A stretch of DNA of 64,000 nt from the NCBI GenBank assembly GCA_964016885.1, contig OZ024740.1:220658001-220722000 (forward strand). Direction: 5' to 3'. A model generated the notes under the pieces. The model searched no databases and was not told the DNA's origin. It saw only the letters and a program-made list of their open reading frames with translations. How positions within the stretch are numbered: the stretch's first letter is position 1; every line of letters begins with the position of its first letter. Positions 1 through 44,058 of this stretch are shown one piece after another. The position numbers and the translations under genes were made by a program. Source of the stretch: Eledone cirrhosa (taxonomy: Eukaryota).

Positions 1-354
1 AGATTGACAAAAAATGTGGTTTACAAGGCAAACCTCCAATAGTTTTTCCGTGGAGTTGAAAGCCCCTTCAGGTTGGTCCTTATTGCGATTACTTACTTTT
101 CACAATAGGTAATGTTACTCTTCCAACAAATGCCCATTGATGAATTCAACCATTTTTTCATTTCAATGGACAGCCTTCCACATGCCCCAGGTTATTTCAT
201 AATTCAATTAAACATGTAGTTTCTTACAGATTGCCTTCATGTCAACCGAACTGTCGTCTATGCTTTTTGTACCGATTCTTCAGCCATTCAGTCAATTAAA
301 CAACATTCCAAACGATATTTCTATTTTTCTCTATTTTCACATTTTAATGACAGA

Positions 355-2109
355 TCATCATCATCATCATCATCACCGTTTTACGTCCGTTCTTCCATGC
401 TAGCATGGGTTAGACGGGTTGTCCTGTTGTGGGCAGTGTCTGGTTGGCTGACCATGCCTTGCTCATACAGGAACTGATTTGGCTTGATTTCTACAGCTGG
501 ATGCCCTTTCTAACACCAACCTCATTTACAGTGAGTGCTGGGTGCTTTTTCGTGGCACCTACACGTCCACTTTACAGTGTGGGCTGGGTGCTTTTTTGCC
601 GTGGCACCTCCACGACCACCTTGCAGTGGGAGGGTGTGGGGGCATATTGTCTATATGCTTCAGCTTGTACCCATGGGAGGTCGGGTACTCTGTATTACTG
701 CGTGATGCCAGAGGTCACGGTCGTGTGTCATCGCCTTGGAGAGGTGTAATTGGGTAAGGTCGGTTTTTATCACCTCATCCCAAGTCATCTTGGGTCTCCC
801 CACTCCGCGGTTTCCATCGACTTCTAGTGCTCTGCACCTTTTTATGCAGCTGTCATCCTTCATACGCATCACATGTCCATACCAGCGCAACCGCCTCTCC
901 TGCACACAGCATTTGATTCCTCTTATGCTCAGTCTCTCTCTCAATTCATTTATGCTTTGTCAGTCGCGTATATTACTATTACACATCCATCGGAGCATGC
1001 AGGCTTCGTTTCTCTCTAATCTACGTAAATCTTCCACCTTCAGTGCCCAGGTCTCACTACCATGTAACATTGCTGTTCGGATACACGCATCATACAGTCT
1101 GCCTTTCATTTTGAGGGAGAAGCCTTTTGCAGCTAGCAGTGGCAGTAGTTCCCTGAACTTCTTCCATCCCGTTCTTACCCTAGTTATTGTACTTTCTGAA
1201 CACCCACCTCCGTTGCTAATTCGGTCACCTAGGTAGCAGAAGCTGACTACTGTCTCTACAGAGCCCTCCCAGAGATTGGTGGTACTTGTTACTTGTGGCT
1301 GTTTGCTGCTTGCTGTCCCAGTACAGCTGGTGCATGTGAAGCCTACATTCTTAATTAAGCTTCCTGAGATCCCGCTACATCTCTTGTGTACCCATTGTTT
1401 GCATTTGGGGCAGAGAATGGAGTTCCTACCTACACCTTTCCTGCATACTGAGCAAGGCCATTTCCCTGAGGGGATCTGGGTTCTGTTTTCTCGTCTACTT
1501 ACAAGGACCTTAGTCTTTGTCATGTTGACTTTGAGACCCTTTCTTTCTAGTCCCTGCTTCCATGTTTGGAATTTCTTCTCTAGTTCTACCATAGATTCAG
1601 CTATAAGTGCGAGGTCATCAGCATACAGGAGTTCCCATGGGCATCCGGTCTTAAACTCCTCCGTTATTGCCTGCAGGACTATGATGAACAGGAGAGGGCT
1701 AAGAACAGAGCCCTGGTGGACACCAACCTGTACGCTAAATTCCTCGCTATACTCATTGCTAATCCTAACTTTGCTGACTGCTCCCCTATACATGGCTTGT
1801 ACAGCTTTCACATCTACTCCTAGTTTTCTAAGAGCCCACCAGATTACAGCACGTTGAACTCTGTCAAAGGCTTTCTCGAGATCGACGAATGCCAGGTAGA
1901 GTGGCTTACTTTTAGCTAGGTACTTTTCCTGTAACTGCCTCACAAGGAAGAGCGCATCAGTGGTGCCTCTTCCTGGGACAAACCCAAATTACATCTCATG
2001 TAGTTTCACCCGGTCCCTAATCAACTGTGCTATAACTCTTTCTGTTACTTTCATGACCTGGTCCATCAGCTTTATACCTCTATAGTTTCCTCTATCGAGT
2101 GCATCACCT
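355..2109 (-). mobile_element. RTE-clade LINE, 5'-truncated, young; RT plus Cys/His finger, 3'UTR and (GAT)n tail
   Basis: FVDLEKAFD, GVHQGSVLSPLLF and LLYADD motifs; a single frame from ~2109 to 660 broken only by two stops (TAA near 1990, TGA at 960-962); tail AAACGGTGATGATGAT. Confidence 0.95.
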
Positions 2110-2302
2110 GTAAATATAACATATATAACAGATATCTGTAAATAAAACATGCTCTTTTTGAATACCGTCTCATTTTTGATTGAAAGAGTTGATCACCTAA
2201 AATTATCCTCCATGTTAAACATCGACAAAACGGAATTTCACTATTAAGACTGCAGTCCTACCAAGAACTAACACCGTCCAATGGACGGGGGGCATTTGCT
2301 AG
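2110..2302 (+). mobile_element. Helitron-like 3' terminus
   Basis: Hairpin CCGTCCA-A-TGGACGG (2274-2288) 10 nt before terminal CTAG (2299-2302). Confidence 0.55.
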
Positions 2303-3369
2303 TCTATATATATAAAACAGAGGATGTCTGTGTAAATCCCTAAAACTCGAGAAGTACCCGACCCATTTTTTTCAAACTTTACACATGCGTTACTTATATT
2401 TCTTGAAGTGCAATGGGCTAAAAAAATGTAAACTTTTTCTGCCCTAGGGCCCGCATTAGGCGAAAAACTGCAATTTTTAGGCTTTTTGGAGGCGTAACTT
2501 AAAGATAATCCAGCTGATTTCCACAAAATTTTTCGATTCCATTAATGGTTTCTAGGAAATCTACGAATTAGCATTGGGCATTACATGCCATTTTCTTTTT
2601 CAATATAAATGCTACTTAAACATCGTAAGTAGCATATAATATTTCGTTAAAAATTTGGTTTATTTAACAGAGGACACAACACTTACTTACTTTTAAGCAG
2701 GACCATTTTCGGGGGATTGAGGAATTTTTGTCGCCGCCCTGTTGAGCTTCGTGCTTTCATCACGCACAAATCCGGGCCCTGTGTACGTTGCCGTGTTATT
2801 GACACTGTAAAACTCAAGTCTGTGCTACTTCTACTAAGACCCCTTTTGTTGTACCGCAGTATGAACGCCCTGCACAAGTACGCCGAACAGTGGTTGTGCT
2901 AATTCCGCGGTGACCCCTTTTGTCGCATCTTTGTTGCTGTGTAAACGCAGTGCAACCAGTGCCGCCCAGCGTTTGTGCTAATTGCACTATGACTCCCTTC
3001 TGCCACGCTGATTTCATCATCTCAATATCCCTACTTAAACGTACATCCCTACTTGGTTTCCACACAATTGACTACGCCGCTCCTTCAGACTGACGTGTTC
3101 CCCATCCATGACGTAATTCGTGAACAGACTTATGCCATACATCGCTCCACAACACTTACTCCTTTCACATACAGGATTTCCGCAATCAGCCCACTGACAC
3201 TGCTACTACTGGATTTGGCCTGCTGGTGTTCTATGTTTGCAGTAGATGAACAATCATTCCCTTAGAATAAGGGAATTCAAAAAGTACACAGCTACATTCC
3301 TCAATCTTTGCATATGCGTGTTGCTATTTCACATTTCCTACCCCGTGCAATGCCGGTTCCTGCTGCTAG
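2303..3369 (+). mobile_element. Non-autonomous Helitron with a unique GC/CpG-rich interior
   Basis: 5' TCTATATATATAAAA, 3' CCCGTGCAATGCCGG...CTAG|T; first ~220 bp similar to the copies at 39301 and 52314. Confidence 0.75.
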
Positions 3370-4031
3370 TTTATTATATCATTTGTGTTATGCATTCCTT
3401 TGAAAATATTTCCAAACTGAGCTGAAGCTAATCAATGACCTCTTTCACTCCTGTCTCTCCTCTGAGTATATTATAATATGCTTTGATTTGGGATACAGCA
3501 AAGTGTAAGAGCTAGGATACCTCATTAATCACCTTTCCCTTAACTCCTAATGCCATACTAAGAGTATTTTAAGTTGTGATCATATCACAGTTACCTCGGT
3601 ATTAGTGTTAGAACAGTACATGCATGTATTTCAATATTGCATTTTGCAAAAGATACCGAGGTATGAAAGATAGTAAAGTTTTATAGATGTTGTAAATAAG
3701 CTTATTTACATTTAGTCATGGCCATTTAAAACCTGGCAGCACCCACCATTCTATGGGTTTGACCACAGCCTATTTCAACTTTAGTTGGTGATAAAATAGA
3801 ACATGTATTAAGACTAACTATACTTGGTTTAAAAAAAAAAAAAATCTGATTTATCTTTTACAACATTATGTATAATATATGTGGTCTAGGGTTAAGGTGT
3901 TTGGCTTGCAATCCTATGATAATGAGTTTGATTCCCTTCCTGGGTGACACATTATGTCCTTGAGTAAAGCACTTCATTTCACATTACTCTAGTTTTACTG
4001 TTGAAGCTGAGATTTAGCCTTTTGGTGTGAA

Positions 4032-4105
4032 GTCTAGGAGGTGTCTTGTCTAGGAGATGTCTTGTCTAGGAGGTGTCTTGTCTAGTGGGTGTCTTGTCTA
4101 AGGCG
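4032..4105. repeat. 16-bp tandem repeat GTCTAGGAGGTGTCTT
   Basis: ~4.5 copies visible. Confidence 0.85.
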
Positions 4106-5278
4106 TGTCAGTCACTTAACACCCATATAGTCCAGATAGTACTAGGGCTTCATCTAACTCATGCAAAGCATGGAAAAATGGACATAAAATAATAACTCTC
4201 ACTCATATAATATGTGTGTTGGATCTCTGTCAATTCTGATGATAAGAGTTCAAGTTGTTCAAGCAACAAGACAACTTGCTTGTGAAATTAATGTGCAAAT
4301 GGCTGAGTATTTCACAGACATGTACACCTTTACTATAGTTCTTGGAGAGATTCAGTGTGGTGTGACACAGTGTATAACATGGCTAGTTCTTTGAATTTTA
4401 TTTACAGTCTGTCTTCTACTATAATATAAGTGGCTGAGTATTCCACAGAGATGTGTAGTTCTAGGAGAAACTCAGCATAACACAGTGGGGGATAAGCCTG
4501 ACTTTTTGAATTACAGGTACAACCCATTTTTGCCAGCTGAGTGAACTGGAGTAATGTGAAATAAAGTGTCTTGCTCAAGGACATAATGCATCATCGGGAA
4601 TCAAACTCACAACTTTATGGTTGTGAGCCAAGCATCCTAACAACTATGACATGTGGCCAAAAATGTAGGGGATCATTCCTGAGGAAGGATCCCCTTGACA
4701 TGGAATGTTCAATGTAACACATGTTGCTGGTTGTCCTCTATGGCAACACTTTTGTCATCTTATCTGTGTAGCATACCTGTGATATGCTGTTCAGAGTTTA
4801 TTTCTATTTTTTCCTTGTTTTTTACTTTTAGAGTGCCACAACGAAAAGCACCTAGCCAACATTGTAAGGTGGTGGTATTGGGTCACAATAAAATACTCCC
4901 AGTATATGCTTTAAAGTGGTTTGTGTTAAGAAGGACATCCAGCCATAGAAACCATGCTCCCAGTACATACTGTAAAGTAGTTGGTGTTAGGAAGGGCATC
5001 CAGCCATAGAAATCATGCTCCCAGTACATGCTGTAATGTGGTTGGTGTTAAGAAAGGCATCCAGGTATAGACTTCAAGCCAAAACATAGTGAACCGGCAG
5101 GACTAGTCACCTGAGCATGTAACAGCCATCTAACCAAAGCAAGCATTGAGATAGATGTTAAGTGGTGATGATGATGATGAGTGTATATTTGAAAAATCTT
5201 ACATACCAAATATTTTGTCACTTATATGGCTTTTAGATTCAAATGTTTATTTTGAACGTAGAAATTATAGAAACTTAC

Positions 5279-37593
<32,315 letters not shown>

Positions 37594-38052
37594 GCTTTAA
37601 ATACTCAAAAAATAAGCAGAATATACACTCTGATTGAACAGAAGATATTGGGAAATATACTGGTTGAAGTGTAGTTGACTAAAGAAGGTAATTATAAACT
37701 TGAGTTAATTATATGGAAATTATATTAATGTAGTACAAATAAACAATTTTATGTTCATGCTTTATCAATTCTATTTGTTTTGTAGCTAGGTCATCGGTTT
37801 GTGGGAATGAATTCGAAAGTATAATGAAACTAAGATATCACATATACTTATATAAGATGCAATACCCTCATTATCTTTTTAATTTTCTCTACATTTTGCT
37901 ATGCTTACTTGACTGAATTTACCTATAAAAAATATACTTTTCATTTTCAAAATGTTCATAGACCTGATAGGTTAAAAGTTGACATTGTTACTTCATCTAA
38001 AGACCATCTTAAATTCTACCTGTCTTCATATGTAAAATATATCATTATTTCA

Positions 38053-38238
38053 AAATTGGCAGTATCGGTAGAGGGTCGGATGCCATGCTTTGCAGCATAG
38101 AGTTACGGCCCTTGCCATTCTGAGTTCAAATCCCGCCGAGGTTAATTTTGCTTTTCATCCTTATGGGGTCGATAAAATAAAGTACCAGTAATAGACTGGG
38201 TAATTGTTGGCCTTGTGCCAAAAGTAGAAACAATTATT
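38053..38238 (+). mobile_element. Young SINE ~460 bp upstream of the UROC1 ATG
   Basis: SINE sequence with TSD ATTATTTCAAA. Confidence 0.88.
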
Positions 38239-39300
38239 TCAAAGACAAATATAAGTGAATTTCTGACACATTTATAATTGCTAATACATTAACTGAAGGT
38301 GATGAATCAGCAGAAACCTAGGTACATCAGGCAAAATATCTTGTGGTATTGAGTTAAAGCCCTTAATGGCTTGAATTCAAATCCCACCAAGGTCACGTTT
38401 GCCCTTCATCCACCCAAAGCTGGAAACATAATGTACCAGTGATTTAATCAACAAAATGTGGGGAATACTTTAATACTAAGCCGCTTTAAGCTACGTTCCA
38501 AAACACCATCATAATAATGAGAAAATTAGTTATATTACTAAATTTCTCCAAATTCTCGATTACTTTCAAAATGGTGACAAAAGGGTTAAATATTGATGAA
38601 TTGTTGGAATGCTTCATCAGAAAATTGTGGTGTACTTGATTCCTGTAAACAATTTAAAGATGAATTATGATAAATATTGTGAAGTGATGTTACAAAATGG
38701 CATCTTTGTATGTATGTATATGTGATGTCAGAGTGAGTATCCTCCACCTTCAACTATCTTACCCTCCACATCTTGGTCCTAGCCGACAGGATGGAGAATA
38801 TATTGCCTCAGAGGATGGTGAGGGAGACACACTGGAACAGTCATTCCACTGCAGGTAGCCAAATCTACACTGATAGCTGTGAGCAAGGATGTGGTCCAGG
38901 AGCCAAGGAAGCTAAAAGTCTTCACTGCTACGGGCTATCAGAGTGGTCGATAAATTGTAATTCTGTGATATAAAATATTAAACTCAGAGATCAGCTAGTG
39001 AGGCTAGCAATTAAGTACTAGTAGATGCACATTTGGTCTTACTTACACTGGCAAGTTACATAAAATTGACAGCTAAAGAATATGTAATCAATTGAAGCTA
39101 TTGGTTTTAGTTCCTGTTGGGTCTCAAATAATCGTCCTCCCCCCTGCTTATTAATTTTTCAGTTTTTTTCCAACCCCTCGCTTATTAAATTTTGCTAATC
39201 TATCTTAAGCAAAATTTTATTTTAAGTGGTAGCATTCAATTTTCTTTAGATATTAAAAAACATTATACATGACAACAAAAGAACATTACAAGAAATTCCA

Positions 39301-40497
39301 TCTATATATATAAAACTGAGGATGTCTGTCTCTGTGTGTGTGAGTTTGAATCCCTAAAACTCAAAACACCCAACCGACTGTTTTCAAACTTTACACATGT
39401 AATACTTATGTTTCAGGGAGTGTTCTGAGCAAATGCCATAGGGACCACATTAGACTCTCTATAAGTCTTTCTCTTTTTAGATAGATACATACATATAACG
39501 TCACGCCCTGATAATACGTCTCGCTGTAATAGCTTCAGTTTGTTTACTTACGTGCCTTTACGAGAACAAAAGTTACTATTTTACCGCTTAGTATTGTAGA
39601 GAAGCACCAAACCGACTGTTTTCAAACTTTACACATGTAATACTTATGTTTCAGAGAATGTTCTGAGCAAAAATTTTTTTCAAATTTTCAATGCCCTAGG
39701 GACCACGTTAGGCGATTTAGTGATCTCGCTCTATAGTTCTAAGTCTTTCTCTTTTTAGGTAGATAGATACATACATATAACGTCAAGCCCTTATAATATC
39801 TGTCTGCATTACTTAACTTCCCTGAGTGCAAAAGTACCAGTAATGCACTGGATATTTGCTGGCCTTGTGCCTAAAGTAGAGACAATTACTTAACTTCCCT
39901 GAGGATGTCTGTGAGTTTCAATCCCTAAAACTCGAGAAATACCCAACCGATTTTTTTCAAACTTTACATGTGCATTACTTATGTTTCAGGGAGTGTTATG
40001 CACATAAACAATTCAGCATTTTGATCCCCTAGGGACCGCATTAGGTGAAAAAATGCGTTTTTTAACATTTTTAGTTTTTTTTTAAGGCGTTACGTCAGAC
40101 CGATTTTCTTGAAATTGTAACTATGTATTAGTCAGTCTCTTCTTCATACCGTAAGTAAAGAAGATCCAACTTTCTTATGGCCTAGGGCTCGCATTAGGTG
40201 AAAAACTTCATTTTTTCAGCTTCTTAGGGCTTTTTGGAGGCGATTTTTCCAAAATTTCAAGGCATATTATGCACATAAAAAAAATTCATTTTCTTGATCC
40301 CCTAGGGCCCGCATTAGGTGAAAACCTACATTTTTCCTGCTTCATCGAGGAAAATCTTAAAGATTATCCAGCCATCACAGTATTCGGTTTATTTTCTTTA
40401 CATATTGTCCAGGCATGCAGTTTTTCCACGATTAGGTCTATTGGCGGCCCGCGTTCCAAAATACCTTATCCTGTGCAACGCTGGGTACCACTGCTAG
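39301..40497 (+). mobile_element. Non-autonomous Helitron, full length
   Basis: A|TCTATATATATAAAA ... CCTGTGCAACGCTGGG...CTAG|T; inserted between A and T with no TSD; internal repeats of CCCTAGGGCCCGCATTAGG. Confidence 0.85.
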
Positions 40498-41351
40498 TAT
40501 GTTATAAAATAAATAAGATGGATTGGTGTCTCAATATATAAACTAAGCTGTTATTTGGGACCCAAGAGTACAGATTTTTAATTTCCAATATGAATTCAAT
40601 AACTTTCTAAGAGATCTCAAACCTTTATAGAATTTGGGAAGGAAAAGAAATAATAGAAAAACAAAACAAAACAATTGCATGATGTTTGTTTGAACAACAG
40701 TAATAATATTCACTTTCTGGTATGTACCATAAACTTTCTGATTATTTATCTAGGTTATACATAATATTAAACATGTAAAATACATTTCAGAAAAGACACT
40801 TTAAAAATGTAAGCTGAATATTTAATGTGCAAGTTTATAGGAAAAACAATTAAATACAGTGGAACCTCAGTTCACGAACTTAATTTTTCCTGACGGCCAT
40901 TCATTCACTCAAAATGTTCATAAACCAAAACTATTTTTCCCATATGTCATGTTGAGAGAGAAATACAGAGACTGTGTGTGAAAGACAGATAGATATCATA
41001 TAGTAACTAACTACACAGCAAGTGATGCTTTCCCGCCAACACTCCCAGCTTGTCGCCAACCATTGTAGCTGGCTTGCATGTTGATTACTTGAGACACCGT
41101 TTATTACCTGAGATATTTTATGTTCGGAAAAATCGTTTGTGATAAGGTGTTACTAAAAATACTAAATCACCACTTTCAATTTATAAAAAAACAGCAGCTT
41201 GAGAGCAACAAAAAATATACAGCTCTAAAGTGGACTATGAAAGGTTTTCAACTCAGAACATATAAAACTAAATACTGTTAGGAACATATAGTTTTTTTTG
41301 TTCAACCATGCCTGGCCTAAATTGTTAACTATCAACTTACTTACAAACGGT

Positions 41352-42490
41352 ATCATCATCATCATCATCATCATATTTATGCCCATTTTCCCACTCTTGC
41401 ATGGGTCCTTCTCAGCACAGCATCATACTTGATGCATTTCTTCATTATCTCCTCTGTGCGTCTAAGCGATTTGAGGTCAGCTGTTCCGACATCTGCCCAG
41501 GTCTTCCTTTACTGCAGCTTCCTTCCACTTCTTCACCCATTGATCATGATCCATGCACATCACATGTCCATACCAACTCAGTCTTCTCTCTTGCACACCA
41601 TGTTGGACTCCTCTTAAACCCAGTTTCTCCTTCAGTTCATCCAAGCTCTACCTTTCTCTTACATTTACATTGAATATCCAACAAAGCATGGTTCCTTCAT
41701 TTCTCTCCAGTCTATGCATGTCCTCTGCAATCACTGCCCATGTTTCATTACCATGCAGCATTGCACTTCACACACAAGTGTCATACACATGTCCTTTTGT
41801 ACGTATGGAGAAACCCTTTATAGTCAACAATGGGAGTAGCTCTCTAAATCCATCTATCCTTATGCTCTCAGAGCACCCTCCTCCGCTGCTAATTAAGTCA
41901 CTTAGATAGCAGAAGATATCAACCACTTCTATGGATCGTTTCATGTAATCACTGATGTCTTCCCCTTGATTACCCCTGTGCATCTTTTACATACAAATTA
42001 TTCGCTTCCTGTTAGTCAACCTGATATCCTGCTACATCTCTTGTATATCCAAGATTTACATTGTGTACATTGTATAGAGTTTATGCCTACTCCTTTACAT
42101 ATTGAGTAGGGCCACTACTATTTACAAGCACTTTAGTTTTGGCTAAGTTTACTCTCAGACCTTTTGATTCCAAATTGTTTCTAGTCAGAATGTATTCTCT
42201 AATTCTTTTATTGATTCAGCAAAAGGATCAGATTATCCACATAGAGAAGTTCCCATGGACATAGTTCTCTGGAGAACTAAGATGAATAGCAGTGGGCTGA
42301 AAACCAAAACCTGATGAACTCCTACTTGTACATTAAATTCCTCACTAAACTCACCTCTAACTATCACTTTATTGACAGCTCCTCTACAAGCCATTCTATA
42401 CCTAATTTCCTTAAGGACCACCAGATAATAAATCAAGGTACTCTGTCAAAGGCCTATTCTAGATCAACAAAAGCCAAATATAGCAGCTTA
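41352..42490 (-). mobile_element. Old RTE LINE fragment related to 355-2109
   Basis: VQVGVHQVLVFSPLLF and FCYLSDLISSGGGCSES with many disablements; (GAT)n tail. Confidence 0.88.
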
Positions 42491-42781
42491 TATTTTCTTT
42501 TTGTTGCATGGGTTGGATAAGACCTTTTGATTAAATGCCTTTCCTGATACAAACCCGGACTTTATAAATGTGGCATATTAACTGGTCCACTGCAGTATGC
42601 ATTGTTTACAAGAGACAACCAAGTGCTGATATAAAGAGGTATAGTAAACTGACGCATACACACTCATTCACTCTCTCTCTTTCACACACATATATATATA
42701 TATAAATCAAGATGGATTCAGTAAGAAACTGGAGTACTCAATACTTGGGGTAGTAGAGTATGGTTATATGAGTGAGTCAGG

Positions 42782-42873
42782 ACCCTGACGACTGAGCTCT
42801 TGCCGTTTCAACAGCTTGTTCCAGACTGAATTGCATATGCCTTGGCAATTAAGTAGCTGTTTCATCAGGAGGT
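42782..42873 (-). ncRNA. Type I hammerhead ribozyme motif, intact core
   Basis: Minus strand: ACCUC-CUGAUGA-AACAGCU[long stem-loop]AGCUGUU-GAAA-CGGC-AAGAGCUCA-GUCG-UC^-AGGGU; only defect is a C2.1/A1.1 mismatch at the base of stem I. Confidence 0.75.
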
Positions 42874-42934
42874 ATCAGTTAGTCCAAATAAGGGCATACA
42901 TTGTTTATCCAATTGTAAAGAATCGTTATGAAAT

Positions 42935-43105
42935 GTTGAGTCAGAGGGATGAAAGACAATGTCGAGTCTAGACTCAAACTCGGAGGGATGAACGACAATG
43001 ATGAGTCTAGACTCAAATTCAAATGGATGAAAGACAATATTGAGTCTAGACCCAAATTCAGAGGGATGAAAGACAATGTTGAGTCTAGACTCAAACTCAA
43101 ATGGA
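42935..43105. repeat. 39-bp tandem repeat, ~4.3 copies, with palindromic core GAGTCTAGACTC
   Basis: Unit GGATGAAAGACAATGTTGAGTCTAGACTCAAA(C/T)TC... Confidence 0.9.
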
Positions 43106-43610
43106 GGCAACTAAAATATTAGGTGGTTTTGTGCTTTATTGTGTCAACTCACAATTCTTTTTTTTTAAATTTAGATAAAAATAAAAATAAAATAAGATAA
43201 GATAAAATATATAATTATTGAACACTTTAATATGAATAAATAAGCCAACACACAGTGGTATTTATGGTGTGTTTGAAAGAGTGTAAAATATATTACAGAA
43301 ACTTTAAAGGTAAAATGTCATTTGGATGGTTTTGAAATTTAAATAAAGTTTCAGCAATATGTAAAAATCAACATTTTAACAATAAGCAAATATGTTTCTT
43401 TACAAAATAAGGACCAGAATGTACAGTTATAAATTGAAATATTATGTTTAAAGCCACTTTTTATCTTCAAAACATTTCTTTATTGATTTTATTGGACATT
43501 TTTTCTTAAAAGGTGAACAATCGGTAAGCATAAAATACACAGGCTCTCACAAATATTAAATATCTACAACACTTCTTTAAATGGTGGACATGTTTTTCGT
43601 TTTAAACTTA

Positions 43611-43935
43611 CCATATATACTTGTGTATAAGTCACACCTCCATTTTAAGTATAACATTTATATAATGTAGCATATATTTTGAATTGAGGTTTTGTAGGTT
43701 CAGTAGGTAAGTTGCATACTGGTTTTTCTTGGAGGAATTTTGTGGAAAATTTACTGTATATACTTGTATATAAGTCACATTGGTAGATAAGTGACAGCTT
43801 CATTTTCCATACAACATACATTGTACCATATATTTTGAATTGAGGTTTTGTAGGTCAAGTAGGTAAGTTGTAAACTTGGTTTTCATGTCGTTTATTTCAT
43901 GGAAAAATGTATGACTTATATATGCGTATATATTC
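43611..43935. mobile_element. Tigger-like MITE just 3' of the EXOC5 stop
   Basis: Termini CCATATATACTTGTGTATAAGTC / GACTTATATATGCGTATATA, with an internal ~140-150 bp duplication. Confidence 0.6.
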
Positions 43936-44058
43936 AGGAGTTTTGCTACAATTTTTTGAAATTTGTACATGCAAATATATATTGCTGAAAGATTATTATT
44001 ATAGAGAATTAAATAGTAAAGTTGCATGTGTTTGTAACAGCTATGGAAAATTCAGAAA

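Noticed and set aside
1-350. Possible decayed Tc1/mariner transposase N-terminus or missing UROC1 exon on the minus strand
   Set aside because: Only faint resemblance with many stops; no urocanase C-terminal motif and no TIR visible, so it is not listed as a feature.
736-1857. Plus-strand ORFs of 166 and 193 aa
   Set aside because: Antisense shadows of the RTE reverse transcriptase frame.
42935-43105. CRISPR-like array of palindromic repeats
   Set aside because: The intervening sequences are themselves repeated rather than unique spacers, the context is eukaryotic, and there are no cas genes.
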